Position numbers and translations under genes: made by a program. Positions 1 through 10,010 of a stretch of 64,000 nucleotides of DNA are shown here, piece by piece; the stretch's first letter is position 1, and each line of letters starts with the position of its first letter. Source of the stretch: Bacillota bacterium (GTDB taxonomy: Bacteria > Bacillota_I > Bacilli_A > ML615J-28 > CAG-698); NCBI GenBank assembly GCA_016280895.1, contig JAEEHM010000060.1:2338-66337 (forward strand), in the 5' to 3' direction. The notes under the pieces were generated by a model. It saw only the letters and a program-made list of their open reading frames with translations. It ran no database searches and had not been told where the DNA came from.

Positions 1-1
1 A

Positions 2-565
2 CTTGATACTAATGGTGTTGGCTTATCTGTTTTTGATATGCTCATTAAGCCGCAATATGACCCTGATTATGGTGTGACTTATGATGCTATGACTTGTATC
101 AATGATACTGAAATGGCTAAACGTTGCAAAATTAAGGGGGCAAATAAAGTTATTTGGTCTGTTAAAGCAGATGCAAAATATAATTCAAATTCAGCTCAAC
201 TTCTTAGAGCTGGATTTTTAAATGGAAATATAAATCTTTTAAGAACAGATGTAGATGTTGATGATGAATTGAAAAAGATAAGAGGCTATAAACAATTTAC
301 CCAACGTGAACAAGCTTTACTAAGAGTTCCATATGTTCAAACAACATTGCTTGTCAATGAACTTATTAATTTAGAGCATGAGTTGAAGGGTACAAATATT
401 CGTATCTATGAGCGTAGTGGAATGAGAAAAGACCGCTACTCTTCTATCATGATGAATTATAAAGTTTGTCAGGAGCTTGCTATAAAAAGAGCTCCTGTAA
501 ATCACGAAAATAAATTAGTTAATATGTTACCAATTGTAAATGCAAGACGAATTAGAGCAAATTAA
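2..565 (+). CDS. terminase large subunit, C-terminal part (5' end lies outside the window)
   Basis: Open frame runs from the window edge with no start. LDTNGVGLSVFD and RKDRYSS segments resemble the nuclease half of phage large terminases. Sits directly before a portal-sized gene. Confidence 0.65.
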   Translation, partial: LDTNGVGLSVFDMLIKPQYDPDYGVTYDAMTCINDTEMAKRCKIKGANKVIWSVKADAKYNSNSAQLLRAGFLNGNINLLRTDVDVDDELKKIRGYKQFTQREQALLRVPYVQTTLLVNELINLEHELKGTNIRIYERSGMRKDRYSSIMMNYKVCQELAIKRAPVNHENKLVNMLPIVNARRIRAN

Positions 566-578
566 TAAGGAGGTGTGC

Positions 579-2147
579 ATGGCACAAAAATATGATACTA
601 ACTCTTCAAGGGTTAAATCTTCGGCAAGCACACCGGAGAAAAAGGGATTATCTGCCAATGAATTAAGAGAATGGTGGGATAAATATGCTCAGAGAATAGA
701 AAATTTTGAAAAAAATCAAGATGCTTTAAAAAAACTAAAGGATGTTGAAAAATCAACAAGATTTAAAACCACTTCAAGAATTACTAAAGAGAATTTAAGA
801 ACATATTTAGAAAATCCCTCAAGTAATGAAAAAGGATTACGAGATGTGTCTAGATATCTTGCAACACGTTGTCAAGTATATTATAGGCTTATTAAATACA
901 ATGCAAATATGTTTTGTTTAGATGCAAGAAGTGTTGTTCCTGCTTATAATCCTTCCGAAGAAGAAACGAACGACCAAAATATGATTGAAAGTTATTATAA
1001 TACTCTTTCATTGTTAAATAAAATGGGTTTACAATTAGAATTTTTAAAAGTATATGTGACTTGTTTTATGGAAGATGTATTTTATGGAGTTTGTTATTTT
1101 GATGAAGATTCGGAACAATATCCTTCGATGTTTTTCTTACCTTTAAATCCTGATTATTGTAGGATTCAAGGAGTTTGGGAAGATGGAACATTTTCATATG
1201 CATTTAATATGAATTTTTTCAATCGTAATCAGGAGTTAATAGAATTATGGGGTGAACCATTTGAAAGTATGTGGAACGAATATCAATCAAGTGGTGTTCA
1301 ATGGCAAACTGTACCGCAAGAAGTTTCAGTTTGTTTAAAGTTTAGAGCTGAGGATTGGGAAACTATTATTCCACCATTTTCAGGTCTATTTTCTGCTTTT
1401 TTGGGATTATTAGAAGAAGAAGATGTTCAAGCAATTGCAAGTGAAGAAGAAATATATAAATTGCTTGTACTTACTCTTCCATTACTAAAAAATACAAATT
1501 CTCCTGATGATTTTGCGGTTGACCCTAATACTGCTATAGATTATTTTAATAAATTCAAAAATTCTTTGCCGTCCTTCGTTGATGCAATACTCTCTCCTAT
1601 TCCAATAGAATCAATTAGTTTTAATAAAGATGTTGCAGATGATACCACTAGAGTTCAAAAGGCTACAGAAACAGTTTTAAATTCTTCGGGCGGCGCTCAG
1701 ATATTGAATAGTATTAATTTGAGTACAAGTGCCGCTTTTGAAGCAGTTGTTAAATCTGATACAGAATTTGCTATTTCTTCTCTTTTACCTCAAACAGAAG
1801 CTTGGGTAAATAGTTTTGTTGCAAGATATGTAGATAAACCATGTAAAGTAAAATTCTTTGAAGTTTCCATTTATACCAAAGATAAATTGCGAAAAGATTT
1901 ACTTGAAAATGCTCAAAATGGATTGCCTACAAAGCTTGCTATTAATTCAATGAGTGGATACTCGGAATTAGATACTCTTGCTCTTAATTATTTAGAAACA
2001 GAAGTTTTGCATTTGCAAGATTCATTAATACCTTTAAGTACTTCTTATACACAAAGTAATAAACAAAGTGGTGGGCAAGAAAAAGATATTGATGAATTAA
2101 CAGATGCAGGTGCAAGAACACGTGATGAAGATTTAAATGGTAAATAA
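579..2147 (+). CDS. portal protein (putative)
   Basis: ATG at 579 follows AAGGAGG (567-573). ORF of about 520 aa directly after the terminase, with an acidic C-terminus. Called on position and size only. Confidence 0.6.
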   Translation: MAQKYDTNSSRVKSSASTPEKKGLSANELREWWDKYAQRIENFEKNQDALKKLKDVEKSTRFKTTSRITKENLRTYLENPSSNEKGLRDVSRYLATRCQVYYRLIKYNANMFCLDARSVVPAYNPSEEETNDQNMIESYYNTLSLLNKMGLQLEFLKVYVTCFMEDVFYGVCYFDEDSEQYPSMFFLPLNPDYCRIQGVWEDGTFSYAFNMNFFNRNQELIELWGEPFESMWNEYQSSGVQWQTVPQEVSVCLKFRAEDWETIIPPFSGLFSAFLGLLEEEDVQAIASEEEIYKLLVLTLPLLKNTNSPDDFAVDPNTAIDYFNKFKNSLPSFVDAILSPIPIESISFNKDVADDTTRVQKATETVLNSSGGAQILNSINLSTSAAFEAVVKSDTEFAISSLLPQTEAWVNSFVARYVDKPCKVKFFEVSIYTKDKLRKDLLENAQNGLPTKLAINSMSGYSELDTLALNYLETEVLHLQDSLIPLSTSYTQSNKQSGGQEKDIDELTDAGARTRDEDLNGK

Positions 2148-2160
2148 GGTGGTGGAGTGA

Positions 2161-2340
2161 ATGGAAGAAATAAAAACATTTGTATGTACTTCTGACGAAG
2201 AAACTCGCAAAAAATTAATAAAAGAAGGACTAATTGAAATAAAAAATGCAAATGGCGTATATACTTTTTTAGTTAATGGAAAAATAAATTTTGCTGTTGA
2301 TGAAAAAAAAATTAAATATACGAATAGTTTAAGTATCTAA
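2161..2340 (+). CDS. small hypothetical protein (59 aa, below ORF-track cutoff)
   Basis: ATG at 2161 follows GGTGGTGGAG. MEEIKTFVCTSDEETRKKLIKEGL... fills the portal-scaffold gap. Similar in size and style to the ORF at 11587-11766. Confidence 0.45.
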   Translation: MEEIKTFVCTSDEETRKKLIKEGLIEIKNANGVYTFLVNGKINFAVDEKKIKYTNSLSI

Positions 2341-2354
2341 AGAAAGGAAAAGAC

Positions 2355-4067
2355 ATGGGAAATCGCATACTTACAATGGAGGATTTGGTAGAGTTTTGCA
2401 AAACTCAAAAAACATTTTCTTTTAGTGCGAAAGAATCAGGTCATCCTGTAGTTGTTAGGACTTATGGACATAAGCTTGAATATTCTTCTGATGAAGATTA
2501 TGGATTGTTAAAAATGACATTGAAAGCTTGTCATACTGGTCTTAATAGAAATGGTAGTTTTATTTCAGATGCAGATATGCAAAAAGCTTTACCATCTTTG
2601 GCAAATAAACCAATTTTAGCTGAAATTACTAAGAATTCCAAAGGTGAAAAAGATTTTGGAACGCATGCAGTTGAAATGGTTGAAAATGACGATGGTGAAC
2701 TAGAAATGTATTATCTAGAAAAACCTGTTGGAATAATTCCTGAAAGCTGTAATGCACATTTGGAATATGATAAAGATGAAAAAAAGAATTATGTTAAAGC
2801 TGATTCTTATATTTTTAGATATTATGGAAATGAAACTGCTTCTATTCTAGAGAGGAGAAATGGCTCTGAGGTTAGCGTAGAAATTGAAATTGAGAATATG
2901 TATTGGGATGCTAAAAATAATTATCTTGTTATAAAAGATTTTGTTTTTAATGGAGTAACTTTGTTATCTTCTGAGGTTGAACCCGGAATGAAAAATTCTC
3001 GAATTGATATTTCAGATTTATCGCACTACTCTTCTTTTGATTACACAAAAGAAATTTCTGACATGCAAGCACGTTTGGCTTATTTGGAGTCAAATTTTGC
3101 TATAGAAAACTCGAAGAAAGGAGGAAAAGTACAGAAAATGAACAAGTTTGAAGAGCTTTTAGCAAAGTATAATAAGACAATTGAAGATATTCAATTTGAT
3201 TATGAATCTTTGTCTGATGAAGAACTTGAGGAAAAATTCAAAGAAATGTTCGATGGAAATGAAGACCCTGAAAATTCTGAAACTAATGAAACGGAAAGTA
3301 CTGAAAGTTCAGAGAGTTCCGAATCTGAAAGTTCCGATGCATCGACTTCTGAATCTGAATCCGAATCTGATTCAAGTTCATCTAGTGAATCTGAAACTCC
3401 ATCTCCTGTTGAAGAAGGTGTTCCTTCGGGTTCTATCTCTGATGATGATAATACTGCTCCAACTTCTACAAAGAAAAAGCCAAATGATTTTGCGCTTTCT
3501 CTTCAAGAGAAAATATCTGCTTTGTCTAATCTTGTAAGTGCTACTTATGAGGAAGAGGATAATGAGTGGTATGGTATTATTGCTTATGATGAATTTGTTG
3601 TAATGATTGGCTATTTTAATGGACGAAATTATAAGCAAAAATATACATCTGAGAATGGTGAATACTATTTAGTGGGTGATAGGGTTCAAGTTTATGAACA
3701 ATTTTTAACTCAAGAAGAAATGGATGCTCTTGAATCAATGCGTCAAGAATATTCAAAGCTTGTTGAATTCAAAGCAAATATTAAAAAAGCTGAAATTCAG
3801 TCTGCTAAAGAAGAGTTATTTAATGATGAAAGATTCAGTTTAATTATTGATACTGATGAATATAAAGATTTGTTAAATAATGCAGAAAAGTTTTCATTAG
3901 AAGAAATTGAGACCCAATTAAAAGTAATTGTCGCAGATAGTTTTTTGAAAAACCAAGATTTTTCAAAATTCAGTAAACAACCAAGTGGAAAAATGTTTAC
4001 TCTTCCATCAAAACAAGCCAATACAATTACTTCAAAATACGGTGGTATCTTTTCAGAAGAAAAATAA
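2355..4067 (+). CDS. prohead protease / scaffolding fusion protein (putative)
   Basis: Globular N-terminal region of about 220 aa (CHTGLNRNGSFISDADM...PILAEI...GTHA), a Ser/Glu/Asp low-complexity tract (about nt 3290-3420) and a coiled-coil C-terminus. Located between the portal and capsid genes. Confidence 0.5.
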   Translation: MGNRILTMEDLVEFCKTQKTFSFSAKESGHPVVVRTYGHKLEYSSDEDYGLLKMTLKACHTGLNRNGSFISDADMQKALPSLANKPILAEITKNSKGEKDFGTHAVEMVENDDGELEMYYLEKPVGIIPESCNAHLEYDKDEKKNYVKADSYIFRYYGNETASILERRNGSEVSVEIEIENMYWDAKNNYLVIKDFVFNGVTLLSSEVEPGMKNSRIDISDLSHYSSFDYTKEISDMQARLAYLESNFAIENSKKGGKVQKMNKFEELLAKYNKTIEDIQFDYESLSDEELEEKFKEMFDGNEDPENSETNETESTESSESSESESSDASTSESESESDSSSSSESETPSPVEEGVPSGSISDDDNTAPTSTKKKPNDFALSLQEKISALSNLVSATYEEEDNEWYGIIAYDEFVVMIGYFNGRNYKQKYTSENGEYYLVGDRVQVYEQFLTQEEMDALESMRQEYSKLVEFKANIKKAEIQSAKEELFNDERFSLIIDTDEYKDLLNNAEKFSLEEIETQLKVIVADSFLKNQDFSKFSKQPSGKMFTLPSKQANTITSKYGGIFSEEK

Positions 4068-4134
4068 TAAGTAATAGTTTGAGAATCGTTTAGACGGTTC
4101 TTTTTTTATGTAAAAAATTAAGGAGGAAAACATA

Positions 4135-4611
4135 ATGGCTATTGATATTGTAAAAGGCAGTCACGGTTATGCATTTCCAGCTAAAGTATTAGCTGGAATG
4201 GGTGGCGCTCATCAATTTAATATTACAACAACAGCAAATCATGATAATGGCGAGCTTGTAAATCGTGGTGATTGGAATAGTTTTGACAATTATCTTGAGG
4301 CATCTGTAGCAGCACAGAATTCATTTGCTGGAATCATTCAGCAGGTAAATCCTGATGATTCACATGCATGGTATGTAGAAGTTACAGCTGATACAGACCT
4401 TTTATTCCTTTATAATGCACCAGTTAGTGAATATCCTGAGAAGGAATTCCAAGACCTTTCTCTTTTCTATAACAAGAGTGGTGATGTTGTAAGAGGTTAC
4501 TCACTTCGTAAGGGCGATATTATCATGCTTTCAGATGTATTGTTTGATGGAACGCCTGAAGAAGAGAAAACTCTTACATACAAAAATGGCAAGTATGTAG
4601 TTGCAGAATAA
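4135..4611 (+). CDS. head-module protein (decoration/auxiliary capsid protein?)
   Basis: 158-aa ORF with AAGGAGG SD, immediately upstream of the major capsid gene. No diagnostic motif recognised. Confidence 0.35.
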   Translation: MAIDIVKGSHGYAFPAKVLAGMGGAHQFNITTTANHDNGELVNRGDWNSFDNYLEASVAAQNSFAGIIQQVNPDDSHAWYVEVTADTDLLFLYNAPVSEYPEKEFQDLSLFYNKSGDVVRGYSLRKGDIIMLSDVLFDGTPEEEKTLTYKNGKYVVAE

Positions 4612-4631
4612 TCTAGGAAAGGAGAAAGAAA

Positions 4632-5753
4632 ATGAGCAAAAAGAATTTTTCACAGCACGTTTTAAATGTGTTTGCAAGTCATAATACAACTCATGAGCAG
4701 ATTTCTCAGCTTATGACAGATGTTGCTCTTAATCGTGAGATTTATGATGAGGCTACTGGAAGGGTTATCTCTAAGGCAGAAGCAAATCAGAAAATTTATA
4801 ATTTCTCTCTTGAAATTCTTGGTATTGACAAGAATGATTCAAAGAAAGAAATGCGTAGAGCATTTAGAGACCACGGACGTGAGTTCTTTGATATTATTGA
4901 AGACACAATTGATGAAGTAATTTCTACAGGATTTGGAAATGAACCTTGGTTTAATGACCTTGTAGAATCTAAGAACATTAATAATGGTGATAGACAAGAT
5001 TTCTTAGTTGAAAGTGATGCTATCCTTGCAGTAGCAAAAGCAGGCGTTTCTCATCACGACCATATTTTACAAAGAATTGGCAAGGGTGAAAGAAAGTCTA
5101 TTCCTACTTCACTTTTTGTTGTTAAGATTGGTGAAGATATTAATAAATACGTCCTCGGACAAACTGATTGGGCTAAGATGGTTGAGGCTATTTCTAAAGC
5201 TTATATTCGTCAGATTCAGGAAATGGTATATTCACAGTTTTCTGCTATTTCATCTCAGCTTCCAGCAGCAGTTATTGGAACAGGTGCTTTAACAGGTCAT
5301 AAAGATGATTTTGATGCTATCATCGAAAAGGTTAGTGCTGCTAGTGATGGTGCAGAAGTTATTATTTTGGGTACAAAGATTGCTCTTAAAAAGATTACAG
5401 TTTTGGCAGATGTTAACTGGGGTGCTAAAGACCAAAGAGATGCTATGATGAATACAGGTACTTTAGGTATTTATGAAGGTACTCGTCTTGTAGAAATCCC
5501 TCAGAGATATAAAGATAAGTCTCTTGCAGATTCAGCTAAGCTTATGAGTGATAAGAAGTTACTCTTCTTGGCAGTTGGAAATGGTGACAAGCCAATTAAG
5601 TTTGTTGATGAGGGAGATAGTATCATTACTGAGGTTACTGAGCGTGGTGAAGCTGGCGGACGTTGGGATGATTTAATGTCTTACGAAGTTCAGCGTAAAA
5701 TGGGCGCAGGTGTTGTAGTTGGTAGAGTTATGGGTGAATGGACATTACCATAA
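4632..5753 (+). CDS. major capsid protein (putative)
   Basis: 373-aa ORF after the scaffold gene with GGAAAGGAG SD. Followed by a strong hairpin; size and position are typical of HK97-fold capsid proteins. Confidence 0.65.
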   Translation: MSKKNFSQHVLNVFASHNTTHEQISQLMTDVALNREIYDEATGRVISKAEANQKIYNFSLEILGIDKNDSKKEMRRAFRDHGREFFDIIEDTIDEVISTGFGNEPWFNDLVESKNINNGDRQDFLVESDAILAVAKAGVSHHDHILQRIGKGERKSIPTSLFVVKIGEDINKYVLGQTDWAKMVEAISKAYIRQIQEMVYSQFSAISSQLPAAVIGTGALTGHKDDFDAIIEKVSAASDGAEVIILGTKIALKKITVLADVNWGAKDQRDAMMNTGTLGIYEGTRLVEIPQRYKDKSLADSAKLMSDKKLLFLAVGNGDKPIKFVDEGDSIITEVTERGEAGGRWDDLMSYEVQRKMGAGVVVGRVMGEWTLP

Positions 5754-5769
5754 TGTATTTAGTATATAT

Positions 5770-5791
5770 GGGGAGTAAGCTTATACTCCCC
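5770..5791 (+). terminator. hairpin after capsid gene (attenuator/terminator candidate)
   Basis: GGGGAGTA (5770-5777) pairs with TACTCCCC (5784-5791) across a 6-nt loop. The downstream U-tract is weak (TTAAAA). Confidence 0.35.
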
Positions 5792-5818
5792 TTAAAAGGA
5801 TGGAAAGGATAAAATCTA

Positions 5819-6400
5819 ATGGGTAAATATGATACAAAAACGGATGCAGATGTTTCAACTGAAAAGGTTGAAGAAGTTGTAAAAGAGAAAAAAGAAGCTC
5901 CTTCAAAACGTACTTCTAAAAAAGTTGAAACTAAAAAGAAATTTGAGCCATCAAGTGAAATTGAATGTCGTTCAATTGTTCAAGGTCAATTATTTATGGA
6001 TGGAACAAAAACAGGAAGAGATTATCGCTGGGAAGACTATGGTGATATTACAGGTGTAGAATATAGAGATTTGGTATCACTTGTTCATTCAAAAAGTGGG
6101 TATATTTTCAATCCATTTTTTATTATTGATAATGAAGATTTTATTAAAGAATTTCCACAACTACAGAAATTTTATAAAGAAAATTATTCTGTAAAAGAAT
6201 TAAGTGATATTCTTGCTCTTCCAAATAGCGAAATGGTTAAAACTATTGAAATTCTTCCAAGAAGTGCAGTTGATACATTGAAGAAAATTGCAGTAAATCA
6301 AGTAGGAAATGGACAAATTGATTCAGTAAGAAAAATAAAAGCACTTGATGAAGTATTTGGTACAGATTTAAATTTAATTGCAGAAGTTTTTAATCAGTAA
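5819..6400 (+). CDS. hypothetical head-module protein with Lys-rich N-terminus
   Basis: 193-aa ORF with AAGGA SD and a KE-rich first 45 aa. No recognised motif. Confidence 0.4.
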   Translation: MGKYDTKTDADVSTEKVEEVVKEKKEAPSKRTSKKVETKKKFEPSSEIECRSIVQGQLFMDGTKTGRDYRWEDYGDITGVEYRDLVSLVHSKSGYIFNPFFIIDNEDFIKEFPQLQKFYKENYSVKELSDILALPNSEMVKTIEILPRSAVDTLKKIAVNQVGNGQIDSVRKIKALDEVFGTDLNLIAEVFNQ

Positions 6401-6411
6401 AGGGGGTGCTT

Positions 6412-6864
6412 ATGCTACCCTATGAAAAAGTTTTTAGCAGGGTACGTGGACAAATAAACGACCCTAAAGAATTATCCTTAGATGACGACGATTTACTTGA
6501 ACTATACACAGAACGTTTACATTCTGCTGTGGGAAATGTGCGTTTAAGAAATTTATTTTCTAAATTAACACTAAACGACCAAACTGAAGAAATTGATTGG
6601 GCTTTAGAAAATACTTTAACCGGCAGTAATGCTGAGATTGAAGAAGATTTTGTAATTGAACTTCTATCTCTTTCTATGGTTATTGGATGGTTAAAGCCAC
6701 AAGTTGAATCAATAGTATATGTTGGTATGGCTATAGGTGGTAAGGAAGAAAAAATGTTAAATAATATGCACAAAACAAATGTAGAACGGTTGAATTATCT
6801 TGAAATTAAACTTTCGAAAATGATAAGAGACCATGGATATTTGTATAATGATTATTTGAGGTAA
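6412..6864 (+). CDS. head-tail connector/adaptor candidate
   Basis: ATG at 6412 lies 7 nt after AAAGGGGG (the GTG at 6406 is too close). About 150 aa, at the position typical of head-tail joining proteins. Confidence 0.35.
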   Translation: MLPYEKVFSRVRGQINDPKELSLDDDDLLELYTERLHSAVGNVRLRNLFSKLTLNDQTEEIDWALENTLTGSNAEIEEDFVIELLSLSMVIGWLKPQVESIVYVGMAIGGKEEKMLNNMHKTNVERLNYLEIKLSKMIRDHGYLYNDYLR

Positions 6865-6868
6865 TCAA

Positions 6869-7231
6869 ATGAATTATTCGTATGGAAGTTTTACAGACGA
6901 ACAAATTCAAGTAAATGAACGGCTTATGCATGCAGAAGTGCATAAGCTTTTATTGTATAAGGATAAAAATATTAATCAAAAGATTTTTGATAGCGAACAT
7001 GATTTTTATTGCTATTTTAACAATCTTTTATATAGATTTGCTGGATTAAATGAACTACTCTTCTGTCCTGTCCAAATGGTAGGATTAATGGCAACATTAC
7101 AATCTGCCTATGATATGGTTTGTGGTGATTCATTTAATTATTGTGAATATCGTCGGCTAATTCTTGATGCACATACATACATCAAAGATATTTTTTCGGC
7201 AGAAAGTGAGGGTGAAAAATGCCATCATTAG
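6869..7231 (+). CDS. hypothetical structural-module protein
   Basis: 120-aa ORF, tightly packed and overlapping the next gene by 13 nt. Confidence 0.4.
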   Translation: MNYSYGSFTDEQIQVNERLMHAEVHKLLLYKDKNINQKIFDSEHDFYCYFNNLLYRFAGLNELLFCPVQMVGLMATLQSAYDMVCGDSFNYCEYRRLILDAHTYIKDIFSAESEGEKCHH

Positions 7232-8445
7232 ATATTGCCCGACGAATGAATCAAATAAAATGGAATGGTGCTCGTACAGTCGGGCAACAAATAAAAGAGC
7301 AGTCAGATTTTGCCATGGAAGAAACATGGTATCACGACCCTCAATCTAGAGTTTGTTATTTATACGATTATAAACATGATGATACACCTTTAATCAATGA
7401 AGGAATGAGTTTTGAAAATACAACAAAGCATAGAATAGATGCTAAATTTATTATTACTAAATATTCATCTTTAGCGTCAGACCAAGTTGAATATCATTTG
7501 ATGTTTCGTCCAAGCCAAAAAGTAAAGTTTCAAGAAAATGATGAGCTTTATTATTTTGAAAGTGATTATGTAAATAAATATAAAAATGTATTTGCTGTAG
7601 GATTATATTGTGATATTCCTGACGATAAAGGCATATATCATCGTTGGCTTATAGTTGCAAAAGAAATTGCAAATCAATTTGTAAAATTTTCTATTCTCCC
7701 ATGCAATTATAAGTTATGTTGGATAGAGAATCGAGATAATAAACGTATAAAAAGACAAATGTGGGGATGTTTAAGAAATCAAAATTCCTACACGTCTGGA
7801 ATTTGGTCGGGTGATAGACTCGTATCTTTGGATAATGTTAATCAAATTTGGCTTCCAATAAATGATATAACTGAAAGAATTCATTATATTTCGGAAGACC
7901 ATGAAGATAATCAACGTCTTATTATTTCTACGTTAAAGCCTTATCCTTCTGTATGGCTTGTAAGTAAAATTCAAGATTTAAATCCATTTGGAATATTGAA
8001 ATTGACATATAAGCAAACTGTATTTGATGAACATACAGATTATATTGATTGGGAAACTGGGGATATGTATGCTGATTATTATATTAATGACATAGCTCCA
8101 ATTGATGATAAACAATTTGAAGAAATAACATCCGTAATTACTGCTCTAAATAATCATATTAAAGTGGGCGGTTCGTATAAATTATTAACTGTAAGCTTTT
8201 CTGATAATGAAGGAAATGATATTACAAGCGAATATATTGAATTGTTGTCATTAGAAAATTGGAAATGTTTTATTGACAATGAAGAATATACGGATAATGA
8301 ATTAATTACATGGCTGCCTCAAAACGAAAATAACAAAATAAAAATTAAGGTTGGTAAAGACTTATCTTTACTTACTAAAATTTTAAAAATTCAGTGTATA
8401 GTAAATGACATAATTGGTGAAATTGAACTTGAATTAAGGAATTAA
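7219..8445 (+). CDS. hypothetical structural protein
   Basis: 408-aa ORF in the same operon, with GAGGGTGA SD. No recognisable motif. Confidence 0.45.
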   Translation: MPSLDIARRMNQIKWNGARTVGQQIKEQSDFAMEETWYHDPQSRVCYLYDYKHDDTPLINEGMSFENTTKHRIDAKFIITKYSSLASDQVEYHLMFRPSQKVKFQENDELYYFESDYVNKYKNVFAVGLYCDIPDDKGIYHRWLIVAKEIANQFVKFSILPCNYKLCWIENRDNKRIKRQMWGCLRNQNSYTSGIWSGDRLVSLDNVNQIWLPINDITERIHYISEDHEDNQRLIISTLKPYPSVWLVSKIQDLNPFGILKLTYKQTVFDEHTDYIDWETGDMYADYYINDIAPIDDKQFEEITSVITALNNHIKVGGSYKLLTVSFSDNEGNDITSEYIELLSLENWKCFIDNEEYTDNELITWLPQNENNKIKIKVGKDLSLLTKILKIQCIVNDIIGEIELELRN

Positions 8446-8457
8446 GGGGGTATATGC

Positions 8458-9099
8458 ATGGATATTTTAGATGATGATATGCTCCAATATCAGCGTTTTA
8501 GTACAAAAGATGAAATGCTAAATTCCTTACGAGCATATTTAGAAGAACCTGATGACGATACAATAAGAATTAAAAACAAAATTAAAACATTATTTTCTAA
8601 TAGTCCTAAATTATTATGGGCTTTAAATAATGCAGATTTAGAAAGCCAGCTTTTTAATGAAGATGGAACTCTAAATGAAGATGGTGAATGGGATGCATAT
8701 TTTGGTGATACATCAAATATACGTCCTTTTTTATTTTTACCTGAAACTCAAGATATTGTTAGTAATTACTTATGCTATCAAGTCACCGTTGACGAAAATA
8801 TGCGTTATAACTCTAGTATGAAATACATGGTTATAACATTTACTATCTTAGTACATGAAAAAAATTCTTTCGATGAAGAAGTAGGTATGGCTCGTCATGA
8901 TTTAATTGCAAGTATAATTCGTGAATTAATGGCATGGTCTGGAATAACAACTGCTAGTGCTGTGCCAATTTATGAAGGTGAGTCAGTTACTGATAATAAT
9001 TACATAACAAAAGTTTTAAGATATCAAGCTAAGTTACCAAACAACCTTGTTGTTACAGATAATGTTGGAACTAGATTTGTTAATAAAACTAAGAGGTAA
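8458..9099 (+). CDS. hypothetical structural protein
   Basis: 213-aa ORF with AAGGGGG SD, within the structural operon. Confidence 0.4.
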   Translation: MDILDDDMLQYQRFSTKDEMLNSLRAYLEEPDDDTIRIKNKIKTLFSNSPKLLWALNNADLESQLFNEDGTLNEDGEWDAYFGDTSNIRPFLFLPETQDIVSNYLCYQVTVDENMRYNSSMKYMVITFTILVHEKNSFDEEVGMARHDLIASIIRELMAWSGITTASAVPIYEGESVTDNNYITKVLRYQAKLPNNLVVTDNVGTRFVNKTKR

Positions 9100-9104
9100 T
9101 TATT

Positions 9105-9944
9105 ATGATTGAAGGATTGAATGGAAAAGATGAATTTATAAATGTAAAAAGTTTGTTTAAACAAAATGTTGATTATTATACTAAACAAGCTGAAAAATAC
9201 AATGTTGATTTTGATTTTCTTCGATTATATTTTGGCGAAGATTATCAGGTCAACGAACATATAGTTATTCATCAACCTACAATTCAAACAATTATCGATA
9301 TGGGAGAAAAAGAATTTTATTCTGCTATTGCTCCATTTACGACAAATCCTAGTGCATTTAAAGTTCAATTATGGGATTTGGGTTATGATTGGAACAAAAT
9401 AACGGATTTTGAATTGTTTGCATTGTTGATTAAAACTGTATCTATAGATAAGACAAAAATATTATTTGATGATATAGACTTTTCATCATTTGAATTATAT
9501 GCAAAAGAAAATAAAAACGGTGAACCGATACCTGTTTTATATTCTGCAAAAATGGGCTTTGAAATTGATACGGAAATTTATTTAAAAATCCGAAAATATT
9601 TATGTTTTATGTTTAATGTAAAACTTGAAAATATGTTTGTGACAGGAAAAACATTAAAAGAAGAAATTGTGGAAAAAGAAAGAGCCGATAATGCTAAGAA
9701 ATTAGCTGAATCTAAAGGTTCCAATTTACTTCAAATGATTTCTTTTGCTGTCAATCATCCCGGATTTAAATACAAGAAAAATGAACTACGAGATGTTGGA
9801 TATGTTGAATTTATTGACTCAATAAAACGATTACAAATATATGAGTCTACTAGAGCATTAACGCAAGGAAGTTATTCGGGTTTTTGTGATACTTCAAAAA
9901 TATCACAAGAACAATTTAATTTTATGCGTAGTGCAGATGAATAA
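9105..9944 (+). CDS. hypothetical structural protein
   Basis: 279-aa ORF followed by an intrinsic terminator. Confidence 0.4.
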   Translation: MIEGLNGKDEFINVKSLFKQNVDYYTKQAEKYNVDFDFLRLYFGEDYQVNEHIVIHQPTIQTIIDMGEKEFYSAIAPFTTNPSAFKVQLWDLGYDWNKITDFELFALLIKTVSIDKTKILFDDIDFSSFELYAKENKNGEPIPVLYSAKMGFEIDTEIYLKIRKYLCFMFNVKLENMFVTGKTLKEEIVEKERADNAKKLAESKGSNLLQMISFAVNHPGFKYKKNELRDVGYVEFIDSIKRLQIYESTRALTQGSYSGFCDTSKISQEQFNFMRSADE

Positions 9945-9953
9945 TTATTTACA

Positions 9954-9982
9954 AATCAAGGAGAAATCCTTGATTTTTTTTT
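9954..9982 (+). terminator. rho-independent terminator
   Basis: AATCAAGGA (9954-9962) pairs with TCCTTGATT (9967-9975) across a GAAA loop, followed by a T-run. Confidence 0.75.
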
Positions 9983-10010
9983 GTTTAAAAATTTTAAGGA
10001 GGAAAAAGAA